DNA of 64,000 bases from an uncultured Chloroflexia bacterium (GTDB lineage Bacteria > Chloroflexota > Limnocylindria > Limnocylindrales > CSP1-4). Below, in pieces: positions 31,131-40,236 of the stretch (position 1 is the first letter of the stretch; the number at the start of each line of letters is the position of its first letter). The stretch covers positions 64,385 to 128,384 of the forward strand of contig CAWDXT010000006.1 of the NCBI GenBank assembly GCA_963806265.1, in the 5' to 3' direction. The position numbers and the translations under genes were made by a program. The notes below the pieces were generated by a model. The model made no database searches. It saw nothing but the letters and a program-made list of their open reading frames with translations, and was not told the origin of the DNA.

Positions 31131-31385
31131 GGAAGGCCGGGCGGTCGAGGCAGGGTTCCGCGGGCGGGCAGTCGGTGGTTGGAACGCTGGGCGGTCGAAC
31201 CAGCGGTCTTGCAGTGGCGCAATCACCGTTTGGGACGCTGGGCGGTCGAACCAGCGGTTCCGTGGGCGCGCAATCACCGTTTGGAACGCTGGGCGGTCGA
31301 ACCAGCGGTTCCGTGGGCGCGCAGCCAACGGGTGGAACGCCAGGCGATCCAGATCGACGCGCTCGGGGCCGAACGCCGCGTCATA
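31131..31385. repeat. tandem repeat array A: five ~51-bp units, each with a 10-bp-stem hairpin
   Basis: Unit starts at 31131, 31181, 31232, 31283 and 31334 (the first and last are degenerate). Consensus GGAACGCTGGGCGGTCGAACCAGCGGTTCCGTGGGCGCGCAATCACCGTTT. Inverted repeat GGAACGCTGG / CCAGCGGTTCC. Confidence 0.92.
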
Positions 31386-31386
31386 T

Positions 31387-31585
31387 CCGCTCTAGGGACC
31401 GCGTGGCGTTCCAGTCACGGCACCGCGCGGGTGAGATCCGCTGTACTGACCGCGCAGCGTTCCAGGTACAGGGACGACACCGCGTTACGTCCGCTGTAAG
31501 GACCGCGCAGCGTGGTACAGGGACGACACCGCGTTACGTCCGCTGTAAGGACCGCGCAGTGTTCCAGGTCTGCCTGAGGTGAGAG
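31387..31585. repeat. tandem repeat array B: four 49-53-bp units, directly abutting array A
   Basis: Unit starts at 31387, 31438, 31491 and 31540. Consensus CCGCTGTAAGGACCGCGCAGCGT(TCCA)GGTACAGGGACGACACCGCGTTACGT. Interrupted stem TACAGGGACG / CGTCCGCTGTA. Shares CAGCG(G)TTCC with array A. Confidence 0.9.
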
Positions 31586-31693
31586 ACCGTCCATCTGTGT
31601 GGGGTGCTGCCATCGGGCACGCAGGCTGCTGCGGCACTCCGCGCCGCTTGCGATGGCGGGCAGCACGGACGCCGGGCGCGTTACCGTACCCGC

Positions 31694-32299
31694 ATGCTTC
31701 GCTACCGACCCGGCGTCGCGCTCATCGTCGTCGACGTCCAGAACGACTTCGCCGATCCCGCGGGCAGCCTCAGCGTGAGGGGCGGTGCGGAGGTGATCCC
31801 GGCGATCAACCGCGAGATCGCCCTGGCCACGAACAACGGGGCAATGGTCGTCTGCACCCAGGACTGGCACCCGACACACACGCCGCACTTCGCGAAGGAC
31901 GGCGGCACCTGGCCCGATCACTGCATCAAGGAGACCTGGGGTGCCGGGTTCCACCCGTCGCTCGAGCGACCGTCGGATGCCACGATCGTGCGCAAGGGCA
32001 GCAACGGCGAGGACGGCTACTCCGCATTCACGATGCGCGATCCGATCTCGGGCGAGACGGTCAGCACCGGGCTCGAGGCGACCCTGCGGGCAGCCGACGT
32101 CACCGACGTCGTGGTCACCGGCCTCGCGACCGACTACTGCGTGAAGGCGACCGCGCTCGATGCCGTGGCGCTGGGCTTTGCGACGACGGTGCTGACCGAC
32201 GCGATCGCCGCCGTGGACCTCCAACCCGGCGATGGCGACCTCGCGCTCGAGGAGCTGGAGGCGGCTGGTGTCCGGCTCCAGTCGACGAGGCTTCGATGA
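31694..32299 (+). CDS. pncA: nicotinamidase/pyrazinamidase (isochorismatase family)
   Basis: ALIVVDVQNDFADP, QDWHPTHTPHF, catalytic-Cys context VVVTGLATDYCVKATALDA. Internal ATG 31694 chosen. Confidence 0.88.
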   Translation: MLRYRPGVALIVVDVQNDFADPAGSLSVRGGAEVIPAINREIALATNNGAMVVCTQDWHPTHTPHFAKDGGTWPDHCIKETWGAGFHPSLERPSDATIVRKGSNGEDGYSAFTMRDPISGETVSTGLEATLRAADVTDVVVTGLATDYCVKATALDAVALGFATTVLTDAIAAVDLQPGDGDLALEELEAAGVRLQSTRLR

Positions 32300-32838
32300 T
32301 GCGACGACTGATCGGGCTCGGGATGCTGGCCGCGTTCGTGGCGTTCGTCATCGACCGCCTGCTCGCCCGCCGAACCGGACCATCCCGCGAGCCGGTGCTG
32401 CGAATGCTCACGGTGGTCGACGCCCCGATCGAGGAGACCTGGGCCGTGCTCGCGGACGTGCCCCTCCAGGTCGAGTGGATGCGCGAGATGAAGCGGATCT
32501 CGATCACCACGCCCGGGCCGGTCGGCGTCGGCACCCGGGGGACGGCGATCGTCCGGATCTTCGGCATCCCGGCGTCCGACCCGGTGGAGATCATCGAGTT
32601 CACGCCGCCCACGCGCTATGCGATCCGGCATCACGGGCTGTTCACCGGCAGCGGCCTGATCACGCTCGAGCCCGGCGCGGACGGCACGACCACGATCGTG
32701 CGCTGGGAGGAGATCCTGCGGCCGCCCGTCCTGCCCGACCTCGGCGCCAGGATGGCAGCGCCGGTGCTGCGACCGATCTTTCAGGACGACCTGAACCGGT
32801 TCGCGCGCCTGGTCGAGACCGGGTCCGCAGACGATTGA
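32296..32838 (+). CDS. SRPBCC (START/polyketide cyclase-like) family protein with N-terminal TM
   Basis: MMRRLIGLGMLAAFVAFVIDRLL, then VDAPIEETWAVLADVPLQVEWMREM ... IRHHGLFTGSGLITLEP. The ATG overlaps the pncA stop (ATGA). Confidence 0.75.
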   Translation: MMRRLIGLGMLAAFVAFVIDRLLARRTGPSREPVLRMLTVVDAPIEETWAVLADVPLQVEWMREMKRISITTPGPVGVGTRGTAIVRIFGIPASDPVEIIEFTPPTRYAIRHHGLFTGSGLITLEPGADGTTTIVRWEEILRPPVLPDLGARMAAPVLRPIFQDDLNRFARLVETGSADD

Positions 32839-32847
32839 TCACGCGCT

Positions 32848-32916
32848 GCAGACCCCCTGACCACCCGCATGCAGACCCCCTGACCACCCGCATGCAGACC
32901 CCCTGACCACCCGCAT
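32848..32916 (+). repeat. 23-bp tandem repeat x3 (plus a partial unit) filling the whole spacer before the exonuclease gene
   Basis: GCAGACCCCCTGACCACCCGCAT at 32848, 32871 and 32894. Copies carry ATG CAG ACC CCC TGA mini-ORFs. The last ATG (32915) is the exonuclease gene start. Confidence 0.92.
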
Positions 32917-33811
32917 GCAGATCCACCTCGTCGACGCGACCTACGAGCTGTTCCGTGCCCACTACTCGCCGCGGCCGCCGGTGCTGGGCCGCGACGGCAT
33001 CGTGCTGTCGGGTGTCAGCGGCCTCGTCGAGCAGCTGCTGTTCCTGCTCCGCGAGCAGGGCGCAACGCATGTCGGCTGTGCCACTGACCGGGTGATCCGC
33101 TCGTTCCGCAACGACCTGTACGCGGGGTACAAGACCGAGGCCGGCGTGCCGCAGGAGCTGCTCGACCAGTTCCCCATCGCCGAGGCAGCCATCGAGGCCC
33201 TGGGGCTCGTGCTGTGGCCGATGGTCGAGTACGAGGCCGACGACGCGATCGCGGCTGCGGCCGACCGGTTCGCAGCGGACCCGAACGTCGATCGGATCCT
33301 GATCTGCACGCCCGACAAGGACATGGCGCAATGCGTCCGCGACGAGCGAGTGGTGCTGTGGGACCGGCGTCGAGACCTCGTGTACGACGACGCGGGCGTA
33401 CGCGCCAAGTGGGGCGTGCCCCCAGAGAGCGTCGCGGATCGCCTGGCATTGGTCGGCGATGCCGCCGACGGGTATCCCGGGCTGCCGGGCTGGGGCGAGA
33501 AGTCGGCAGCGACGGTGCTCGCCCGATACGGCCATCTCGAGGAGATCCCGGCGATCGCGTCGGAGTGGGACGTCAGCGGGGTCCGGAATGCGGTCGGCCT
33601 CGCGGCCACGCTGCGCGACCGCATGCCCGAGGCCCTCCTGTACCGCGATCTCGCCCGACTCCGAACGACTTCCGACGGGGTCCCGATCGCGCAGACGGAC
33701 GCCGATGACCTGTGGTGGCCGGGGGCAGATCGTGCCCGGTGGCAGGCATTCTGCGACGAGTGGGGCCTGGCCCGGCTCCGCGCCCGTCCGCACCGATGGC
33801 GGGAGGCCTGA
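32915..33811 (+). CDS. 5'-3' exonuclease (FEN / Pol I 5'-nuclease family)
   Basis: Intact. VDATYELFRAHY, YEADDAIAA, H3TH motif VGDAADGYPGLPGWGEKSAATVLARYG. Confidence 0.88.
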   Translation: MQIHLVDATYELFRAHYSPRPPVLGRDGIVLSGVSGLVEQLLFLLREQGATHVGCATDRVIRSFRNDLYAGYKTEAGVPQELLDQFPIAEAAIEALGLVLWPMVEYEADDAIAAAADRFAADPNVDRILICTPDKDMAQCVRDERVVLWDRRRDLVYDDAGVRAKWGVPPESVADRLALVGDAADGYPGLPGWGEKSAATVLARYGHLEEIPAIASEWDVSGVRNAVGLAATLRDRMPEALLYRDLARLRTTSDGVPIAQTDADDLWWPGADRARWQAFCDEWGLARLRARPHRWREA

Positions 33812-33915
33812 GCCGGCGGGCCTGAGCCCGGGCGGAGGCTCGCGCCCGTCCGCACCGATGGCGGGAGGCCTGAGGACGGGCGGGAGGCCTGAGCCCGGAC
33901 GGGTGGCCTGAGCCC
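33776..33915. repeat. degenerate tandem duplication spanning the exonuclease stop codon
   Basis: CT(C)CGCGCCCGTCCGCACCGATGGCGGGAGGCCTGAG at 33776-33812 and 33839-33874. GGCCTGAG occurs five times between 33805 and 33912. Confidence 0.88.
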
Positions 33916-33943
33916 CCATCCGCCGAGGCCGATCGCTCGCGTC

Positions 33944-33961
33944 GGAACGGGCGCCCGTTCC
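33944..33961. terminator. 18-bp perfect palindrome between convergent genes (terminator-like)
   Basis: GGAACGGGCGCCCGTTCC lies between the exonuclease gene (+) and the IMPase gene (-, stop 33981-33983). Confidence 0.45.
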
Positions 33962-33980
33962 CGGCGCAGACGATGGTCGC

Positions 33981-34908
33981 TCAGGTCGCCAGGCGCAGCA
34001 GCTCCGGGTGATGCGCGGCCGGCGCCGCGATCGCGCCGAATGCCCGGTCGGCACGCTCGACGTCGAACCACGGTCCGCCGTCGAGCGCCGTGACGATCGC
34101 GCCCGCCCGCTCCGCGATCAGGCCGGCGGCCGCCACGTCCCACGCCGACATTCCGGCCGACTGGATGAATGCGTCGAACCGACCGTTCGCAACGTAGGCG
34201 AAGGACAGCGCCGCGGAACCCATGTCTCGTGACACGCGGATGGCGCGCCGAACGGCGCGCGACCGGGTGGCCACGCGGCGCCCCGCGAGCGCCATCGCGA
34301 TGACGTAGTCCTCGATCGAGGGCTTGTCGGAGGCGGCGATCGGAAGGTCGCCCAGGTACGCGCCCCCATCGCTCGTTGCCCAGTACGTGTCGCCCCGCAT
34401 CGGGTCGTGGACGACGCCGACCGAGGGCCGGCCATCGACGAGCAGCGCGACCGATGCGCAGAAGAACGGGATGCCGTTCGCGTAGTTGATGGTCCCGTCG
34501 AGCGGATCGATGACCCAGGTGCGGCCGTGCGCGAGGCCACGACCGGCGGCCGGCTCGGCCGCAACGGCGGCGGCTTCGGCGCGTCGAGCGTCGCTCGACC
34601 TCGCTTCGCGGGCGCCCGGTGGGCTCCGGACTCCTCGGCCAGGATCCCGTCGTCCGGGAAGCGCTCGCGGATCGCGCCCAGGATGAGGTCCTCGCACCGG
34701 TGGTCGACGTCGGTCACGACGTCCTTGGCCGACTTGTGGTCGATCCGCTCCACCCGCTCATACCGGTCACGCTGGATCCGGCCCGCTGCCTCGGCGATCT
34801 CGCGCGCGAACGCGGCGTCGGCAGCGAGGCTGCCACCGCGGGCGTCGGCCGAGCCCGCCGCCGCGGGCGTCGGCCGCCAGGATCGCCGCGCGAGCCCCCG
34901 CGGGTCAC
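33981..34908 (-). CDS. inositol monophosphatase family protein (SuhB/ImpA-like); frame-disrupted
   Basis: ERIDHKSAKDVVTDVDHRCEDLILGAIRERFPDDGILAEESG, WVIDPLDGTINYANGIPFFCASVAL, SAALSFAYVANGRFDAF, WDVAAAGLIAERAGA. A GTG at 34908 overlaps the upstream gene stop (GTGA). At least 2 frame switches. Confidence 0.8.
34836..34876. repeat. 25-bp-period direct duplication inside the IMPase N-terminal coding region
   Basis: CCGCGGGCGTCGGCCG at 34836-34851 and 34861-34876. The period is not a multiple of 3. Confidence 0.85.
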
Positions 34909-35395
34909 GCCCCGCAGTCCGTGGTCAGCGGCTTGGGCTCCGTCCCGAGGCTCGAGACCACCGTGTCGAAGCGAACCGTCGCTCCCGGCTGGACGATCGG
35001 GCTCTGCACGAACACCGCGTCGGCCCGATGCCCGGCAGCGCCGGGTCGTCGATTCGGCAGGTGGTGCTGCCCGCCCGCGAGCCGGCGTTGGTCACCGAGA
35101 TCGTGACCCGCAGGCCGGCCGGGTCGGCTGCCACCGCCGCGACCGTGCCGCTGAACGGACCGATGCCACTGACCAGGAAGTGGGCGACGATGGCCATCCC
35201 GATGACCGGCGATCCCGATCCCGGCGAACACCGTGCCGTGCGCCTGCGACGCGGACGGCCCCTTGAGCCCGAGCGGGTTGCACCGCTCGCACATGCCCTC
35301 GCTGATCGGGATCTGCGCGCCGCACCGCACGCAGCCATGCGTGGGCTCGGCGGTCCCGGGGGCGTCGGGCGGTCGGCGTGAGCGGTGGACGTCAT
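34905..35395 (-). CDS. zinc-ribbon membrane protein (hypothetical); frame-disrupted
   Basis: CVRCGAQIPISEGMCERCNP (CxxC...CxxC), TM VIGMAIVAHFLVSGIG, extracytoplasmic part TVAAVAADPAGLRVTISVTNAGS ... VQSPIVQPGATVRFDTVV. Pieces lie in ORFs 34925..35395 and 34905..35603. Confidence 0.55.
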
Positions 35396-35544
35396 GGCTT
35401 CCAGGTGCGCGCTTGGGGTGTGGGGCCCGATGGTGCCACGGAACGCGAGATCGCGGTCGGCATGCCGGGCGGCCGGACACGCCGGGAGACCGGCCGGCGC
35501 CCAGCCGAGCCGGCCGCCGGACGACCGGACGCCGAGGCGGCGCC

Positions 35545-36393
35545 TCAGAGACCGGTCTCGAACAACCGGATGTCGGCCGGACCGGCGACGTGCCCGTCAC
35601 CACGGGTGTGCTGCAGCGCGTCGCGGGCGCCGAGCGCGTCGAGGTCGGCCGGCAGGCGGCCGATCATGTCCAGGACCACCTCCCGGATGCGCTGCGCGTT
35701 CTGCTCGAACACCGCGAGCACGTCGTGCGCGGTCACCGCCTCGGTACCTTCCAGGACGCCGGCGTCGTAGTCGGTGATCAGGGCGATGTTGACGACGGCC
35801 ATGCCCAGCTCGCGGCACAGGTACGCCTCGGGGTACTGGGTCATGTTGATGACCTCCCAGCCGGCGTCGGTGAACCACCTCGACTCCGCCCTGGTCGAGA
35901 AGCGCGGGCCCTGGATCACGACGACCGTGCCGCCATCGTGGACGGTGATCCCGTGCTCGCGGATGACCTCGAGCGCGACGTCGCGCAGCACAGGGTCGTA
36001 GATCTCGGCCGAGGACACATGGGTCACGATCGGGCCGTCGAAGAAGGTGTCGGCGCGGCCGCTCGTGCGGTCGACGAACTGGTCGGTGACGACGAAGTGG
36101 CCCGGCTCCACGTGGAGCTGGAGGGAGCCGGCGGCACAGGGCTGATCACGGCCTTGACGCCCAGCGAGCGCATCGCCCAGACGTTGGCGCGGTAGTTGAT
36201 CCGATGCGGCGGGATCGTGTGGCGCCGGCCGTGACGCGGCAGGAACGCGACCCTGCGGCCCGCGACGGTGGCCAGGAACAGGCTGTCCGACGGCGGCCCG
36301 TACGGGCGTGTCGACCTTCGCTTCGGTGACGTCCTCGAGCAGCGAGTAGAACCCGGAGCCCCCGATGACGCCGATCTCGGCCACGTCCGCCAC
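35545..36393 (-). CDS. mtnP: S-methyl-5'-thioadenosine phosphorylase; frame-disrupted
   Basis: [85 protein letters not shown] 36393 has AGGAGG upstream. Pieces lie in ORFs 35545.. and 36024... Confidence 0.88.
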   Translation of the reverse strand: MADVAEIGVIGGSGFYSLLEDVTEAKVDTPVRAAVGQPVPGHRRGPQGRVPAASRPAPHDPAASDQLPRQRLGDALAGRQGRDQPCAAGSLQLHVEPGHFVVTDQFVDRTSGRADTFFDGPIVTHVSSAEIYDPVLRDVALEVIREHGITVHDGGTVVVIQGPRFSTRAESRWFTDAGWEVINMTQYPEAYLCRELGMAVVNIALITDYDAGVLEGTEAVTAHDVLAVFEQNAQRIREVVLDMIGRLPADLDALGARDALQHTRGDGHVAGPADIRLFETGL

Positions 36394-36444
36394 GATCCAC
36401 CTCCTACTTGGGAGGGGCATTCTCGCACGGGCTACGATCCGGGC

Positions 36445-37105
36445 ATGAGCCGACACTGTCACCGGATCACGCCGACCGATCGTCCTGGCTCGCCGACTGG
36501 CGACGGCGCGTGGCCGAGCTGTACGCCGAGGTCCGATCGATCTCGGCATCGGACCCCGCAGGCGGCGTGGACGCGCTGGCGCGACGAGCGCGAGCGCCTG
36601 TTCCGGGGTCATCCGCAGTCACCGCTGCCCGAGCCGGATCGCGCCGCGTTCCGGCGCGCGCACTGGCCGTACGACGAGCGGCTGCGCTTCGCTCGCTGAT
36701 CGTCGAGGACGCCGGCGGCGGCGAGCGAGCGGCGGCGCGGCTGGCGCTGCCCAACAGCGGGGCCGACGACGCTCGCGTTCGACCGGGTCGGGATCGCTGC
36801 GCCTGCCGCTGCCCGGCGGCGCGGCACCCTGTCGCTGTTCTGGATGCGGGGCTACGCGGGCGGCCTGTTCCTGCCCTTCCGCGACGCCACCAACGGCAGC
36901 ACGCACCTACGGGGCCGGTCGCTACGTGCTCGACACGGCCAAGGGCGCCGATCTCGGCGGCGACCCGGCGACCGGAACGCGGATCGTCGACCTCAACTTC
37001 GCCTACCACCCGTCGTGCGCGTTCGACCCACGCTGGGCCTGCCCGCTGGCGCCACCCGGGAACCGGCTCCCGGTCGCGGTCGAGGCCGGGGAACGCCTGC
37101 GCTGA
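36445..37105 (+). CDS. DUF1684 domain-containing protein; frame-disrupted
   Basis: WLADWRRRVAELYAEV, ERERLFRGHPQSPLP, LNFAYHPSCAFDPRWACPLAPPGNRLPVAVEAGE (family signature). At least 3 frame switches. Confidence 0.75.
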
Positions 37106-37136
37106 CCCGCGAGCCACCCTCGCTACCATCATCGCC

Positions 37137-37574
37137 ATGCCGCGAACCCCCGACCGTCCTCAGCGATGCGCAGCGGCGGTTCCTCGTCCGAACCGGGCTT
37201 CGCGTCGGTCGCCACCCTCGACGAGGACGGCACGCCGACCCAGGCCGTGGTCTGGTACCGCCTCGAGCCCGACGACCGGATCCTGGTCAACTCGCGCGCC
37301 GGCCGGCGCTGGTGCGAGAACCTGCGCCGCGACCCGCGCGTCTCGATCGCGCTGATCGACCGGCACGATGGCTACCGCTGGCTGGGCATCGCCGGGCGCG
37401 TCGACGAGGTCGTCGACGACCTCGAGCGCGCCCGCGCGCGACATCGTCGCGCTCGCCCATCGCTACCACCCGGAGGGCCCCTCGCCGGCATCGATCGCCA
37501 CCTTCCGCCGGCAGCCGCGGGTGTCGTTCCTGATCCGGATCGACGCGGTGCACGACGAGCTGGAGGACGGCTGA
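37137..37574 (+). CDS. PPOX-class (pyridoxamine 5'-phosphate oxidase-like) probable F420-dependent enzyme; frame-disrupted
   Basis: GFASVATLDEDGTPTQAVVWYRLEPDDRILVNSRAGRRWCENLRRDPRVSIALID and a C-terminal RQPRVSFLIRIDAV. Pieces lie in three frames. Confidence 0.72.
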
Positions 37575-37576
37575 CG

Positions 37577-38564
37577 ATGCCGCGCGTCGTCGCGCTCGCC
37601 GGCGGCGTCGGCGGCGCCAAGCTCGCCGACGGGCTCCAGGCGCACCTGGGCCGCGACCTGACGGTCGATCGTCAACACGGGCGACGACTGCGAGCGCCAC
37701 GGGCTGCTGGTGATGCCCGACCACGACACGGTGCTCTACAACCTGGCCGGGATCGAGCAGGCGGACCTGGGCTGGGGCATCGAGGGCGACACGCACGCGG
37801 TGATGGACCAGCTGGGGCGGTACGGCGAGCCGACCTGGTTCGCGCTCGGCGACCGCGACCTCGCGCTCCACGTCGCGCGGACGCGCACGGCTGCGCGCCG
37901 GCGGACGGCTGACGCCGCGTCTGCCTCGAGCTCCAGCGCGTCGCTCGGGATCGCCGCGCGGATCCTGCCCATGGCCGACGAGCCGGTTCGGACGGAGGTC
38001 CGCACCGACGACGGCTGGCTCGAGTTCCAGGAGTACTTCGTCCACCGGCGCCAGGAGCCGACGGTGCACGAGGTGCGCTATGCGGGGATCGAGGCGGCGT
38101 CGGTCACGCCCGAGGTCCGCGCCGCACTCGAGAGCGCCGAGGCGATCGTGGTCTGCCCGTCCAACCCGATCGTGTCGGTCGCGCCGATCCTGGCCGTGCC
38201 CGGGCATGCGGGACGCGATCGATGCGCGCGCGGCGCGCGGGGTGCCGGTGCTGGCGGTCAGCCCGATCATCGGCGGCCGCGCGCTCAAGGGACCGGCCGA
38301 CCGGATGCTCGCCTCGCTCGGCGACGAGGCGAGCGCGCTCGGCGTCGCTCGCCGGTACGCGGGGCTGGTCGACACGTTCGTGCTCGACACGGTCGACGCC
38401 GCGCTGGCCGGCACGGTCCGCGAGCCTGGGCATGACCGTCGCTGGTGACCGACACGATCATGCGCGACGACGCCGGTCGGGCGCGACTGGCCGGCGAGCT
38501 GCTGGCCACCCTCGACCTCGCGAGCGGTGCTGCTGCGAGCCCGGTTCCCGGTGCGGTCCGATGA
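37577..38564 (+). CDS. cofD: 2-phospho-L-lactate transferase (F420 biosynthesis); frame-disrupted
   Basis: MPRVVALAGGVGGAKLADGL, DHDTVLYNLAG, ILPMADEPVRTEVRTDDGWLEFQEYFV, VVCPSNPIVSVAPILAVPG, VLAVSPIIGGRALKGPADRML. At least 3 frame switches. Stop TGA 38562-38564. Confidence 0.88.
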
Positions 38565-38589
38565 CCGCGGGCTCCGATGACCGCTGGCT
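38558..38589 (+). repeat. 16-bp tandem duplication containing the cofC start codon
   Basis: CCGATGACCGCGGGCT (38558-38573) and CCGATGACCGCTGGCT (38574-38589). The first ATG overlaps the cofD stop (ATGA). Only the second ATG is in the CofC frame. Confidence 0.88.
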
Positions 38590-39321
38590 CGAGCGACCGA
38601 TCGCGCGCGACGGTCGTGGTCATCCCGGTCCGCAGCCTCGAGGGCGCCAAGTCGCGGCTGGGCGAGGTGCTGGATGCAGAGGAGCGCCGTGAGCTGGTGG
38701 AGCAGCTGCTGCGCGGGACGGTGCAGGCGTCGCGTGCCACGCCGGGCGTCACCGAGGTGGTCGTGATCTCGCCTGACCCCGAGGCGCTCGAGCTCGCGGA
38801 GGCGGCCGGCGCGCGAGCGGCGGCCCAGCGATCGCGTGGCCTCAACGCCGCGATCAGCGAGGCGCGCGCAGCGGTGGCCGCCGGCGGGCGGATGCTCGTG
38901 CTGCCCGTCGGACCTGCCGGGCCTGTCGCCGGCTGCCGTGGCGGCCGTGCTCGACGCCGCGGATGCGGCCGGTCCCGCCATGCGTCGTGCTCGCCCCCGA
39001 CCGCCACGGCCGGGGCACCAACGCCCTGTTGCTCGACCCCCGGACGCCATCGACCCCGCGTTCGGCGGCGACAGTCGGGCCGCGCATGCCTGGCTGGCGT
39101 CGTCGGCCGGCGCCGCGTTCGTCGAGGTGGCCGGCGATCTCGAGCTCGACCTCGACACCCCCGATGATCTGCTGCTTGCCGGCGAGATCGCGGCGCGGCC
39201 GAGGAACGAGCCGGTGCCGGATTCGCAGCCCGTCCGCGAGCTCGATCCGATGCCGGATCCGCAGCCCATCCGCGACGCCTCGCTCGCCTCGGATCCTGCC
39301 TCCCGGGTGACCCAGCGGTGA
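38577..39321 (+). CDS. cofC: 2-phospho-L-lactate (phosphoenolpyruvate) guanylyltransferase; frame-disrupted
   Basis: VVVIPVRSLEGAKSRLG, VVVISPDPE, LNAAISEA, SDLPGLS, APDRHGRGTNALLL, LELDLDTPDDL. Pieces lie in ORFs 38577.., 38836.., 38963... Confidence 0.82.
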
Positions 39322-40096
39322 CGACCCGGCGTCGGGCCGGGTCGAGATCCTCGCGCTCGACGGGATACCCGAGATCCACCAGGGCGACGACCTCGCGGGG
39401 CTGATCGGCGATGCGCTGGCCACGACCGCCGGGGCGCTGCCGCTCGAGACCGGCGACGTGCTGGTCGTGACGCAGAAGGTGGTGTCGAAGGCCGAGGGCG
39501 CCGTCGTCGACCTGCGAACCGTGGAGCCGCGCCCCGAGGCGATCGCCTGGGCCGAGGCCTGGGATCGGGACGCGCGCCAGATCGAGGTCGTGCTGCGCGA
39601 GGCGCGCCGGATCGTGCGCATGGAGCGCGGCGTGCTGATCACCGAGACGCGTCACGGGTTCGTGTGCGCCAACGGCGGCATCGACGCGTCCAACGTCGGT
39701 TCCGGGTCGGGCGACATGGTAACGCTGCTGCCCGCCGACCCGGACGCTTCGGCCCGGGCCCTGCGACGCGCGCTCGGTGCGCGCTTCGGCCACGACCTCG
39801 CCGTCATCGTGTCCGACAGCTTCGGGCGCCCATGGCGCTGGGGCATCACCGACGTGGCCCTCGGGGTCGCCGGCATCCAGCCGCTCGAGGACCTGCGGGG
39901 TGAGCCCGATGCCGACGGTCGCACGATGCGTACGACCGTGCGCGCGGTCGCCGACGAGATCGCCTCGGCCGCGGAGCTTGCGCTGGGCAAGGCGGCCGGC
40001 CGGCCGGTGGCGCTGGTCCGGGGCGCGAACCCGACCCCGGGCGAGGGCTCGGTCCGCGACCTGCTGATGGCGCCGGAGAACGACCTGTTCCGCTGA
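39318..40096 (+). CDS. cofE: coenzyme F420-0:L-glutamate ligase, single-domain form; one frame switch at the extreme 5' end
   Basis: VLVVTQKVVSKAEG, GFVCANGGIDASN, VSDSFGRPWRWG, ADEIASAAELALGKA. A GTG at 39318 overlaps the cofC stop (GTGA). No nitroreductase-like C-terminal domain. Confidence 0.86.
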
Positions 40097-40236
40097 CCCG
40101 GCGGCCTGGGATGAGGTCGGCCGTGACACACGGGGACCGTGCGTCCACCTGGACGTTCGCGCATGCGACCAATGACCCGGGGCTTTGGGCGGTTCGTCGT
40201 AGGCGCCGCCCCCGCCACGCGTCCGATCATCCGCGC

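Noticed and set aside
31190-31210. tRNA T-arm-like GGTCGAACC inside repeat A; possible tRNA-derived element
   Set aside because: No acceptor, D or anticodon arms can be drawn, and the stem-loop geometry (10-bp stem, 9-nt loop) is not tRNA-like.
31044-31582. Repeat-encoded ORFs (31098..31499, 31175..31582, 30739..31395 on +, 31044..31328 on -) giving 17-aa peptide repeats
   Set aside because: Several frames on both strands are open simultaneously, as expected for GC-rich repeats. Array B periods (51/53/49) are not multiples of 3. Composition is Arg/Trp/Gly-rich and non-protein-like.
31131-31585. CRISPR array interpretation of the ~50-bp repeats
   Set aside because: The units are directly contiguous with no unique spacers. 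The repeats are ~50 bp rather than 23-47 bp repeats alternating with spacers. No cas genes are in the window.
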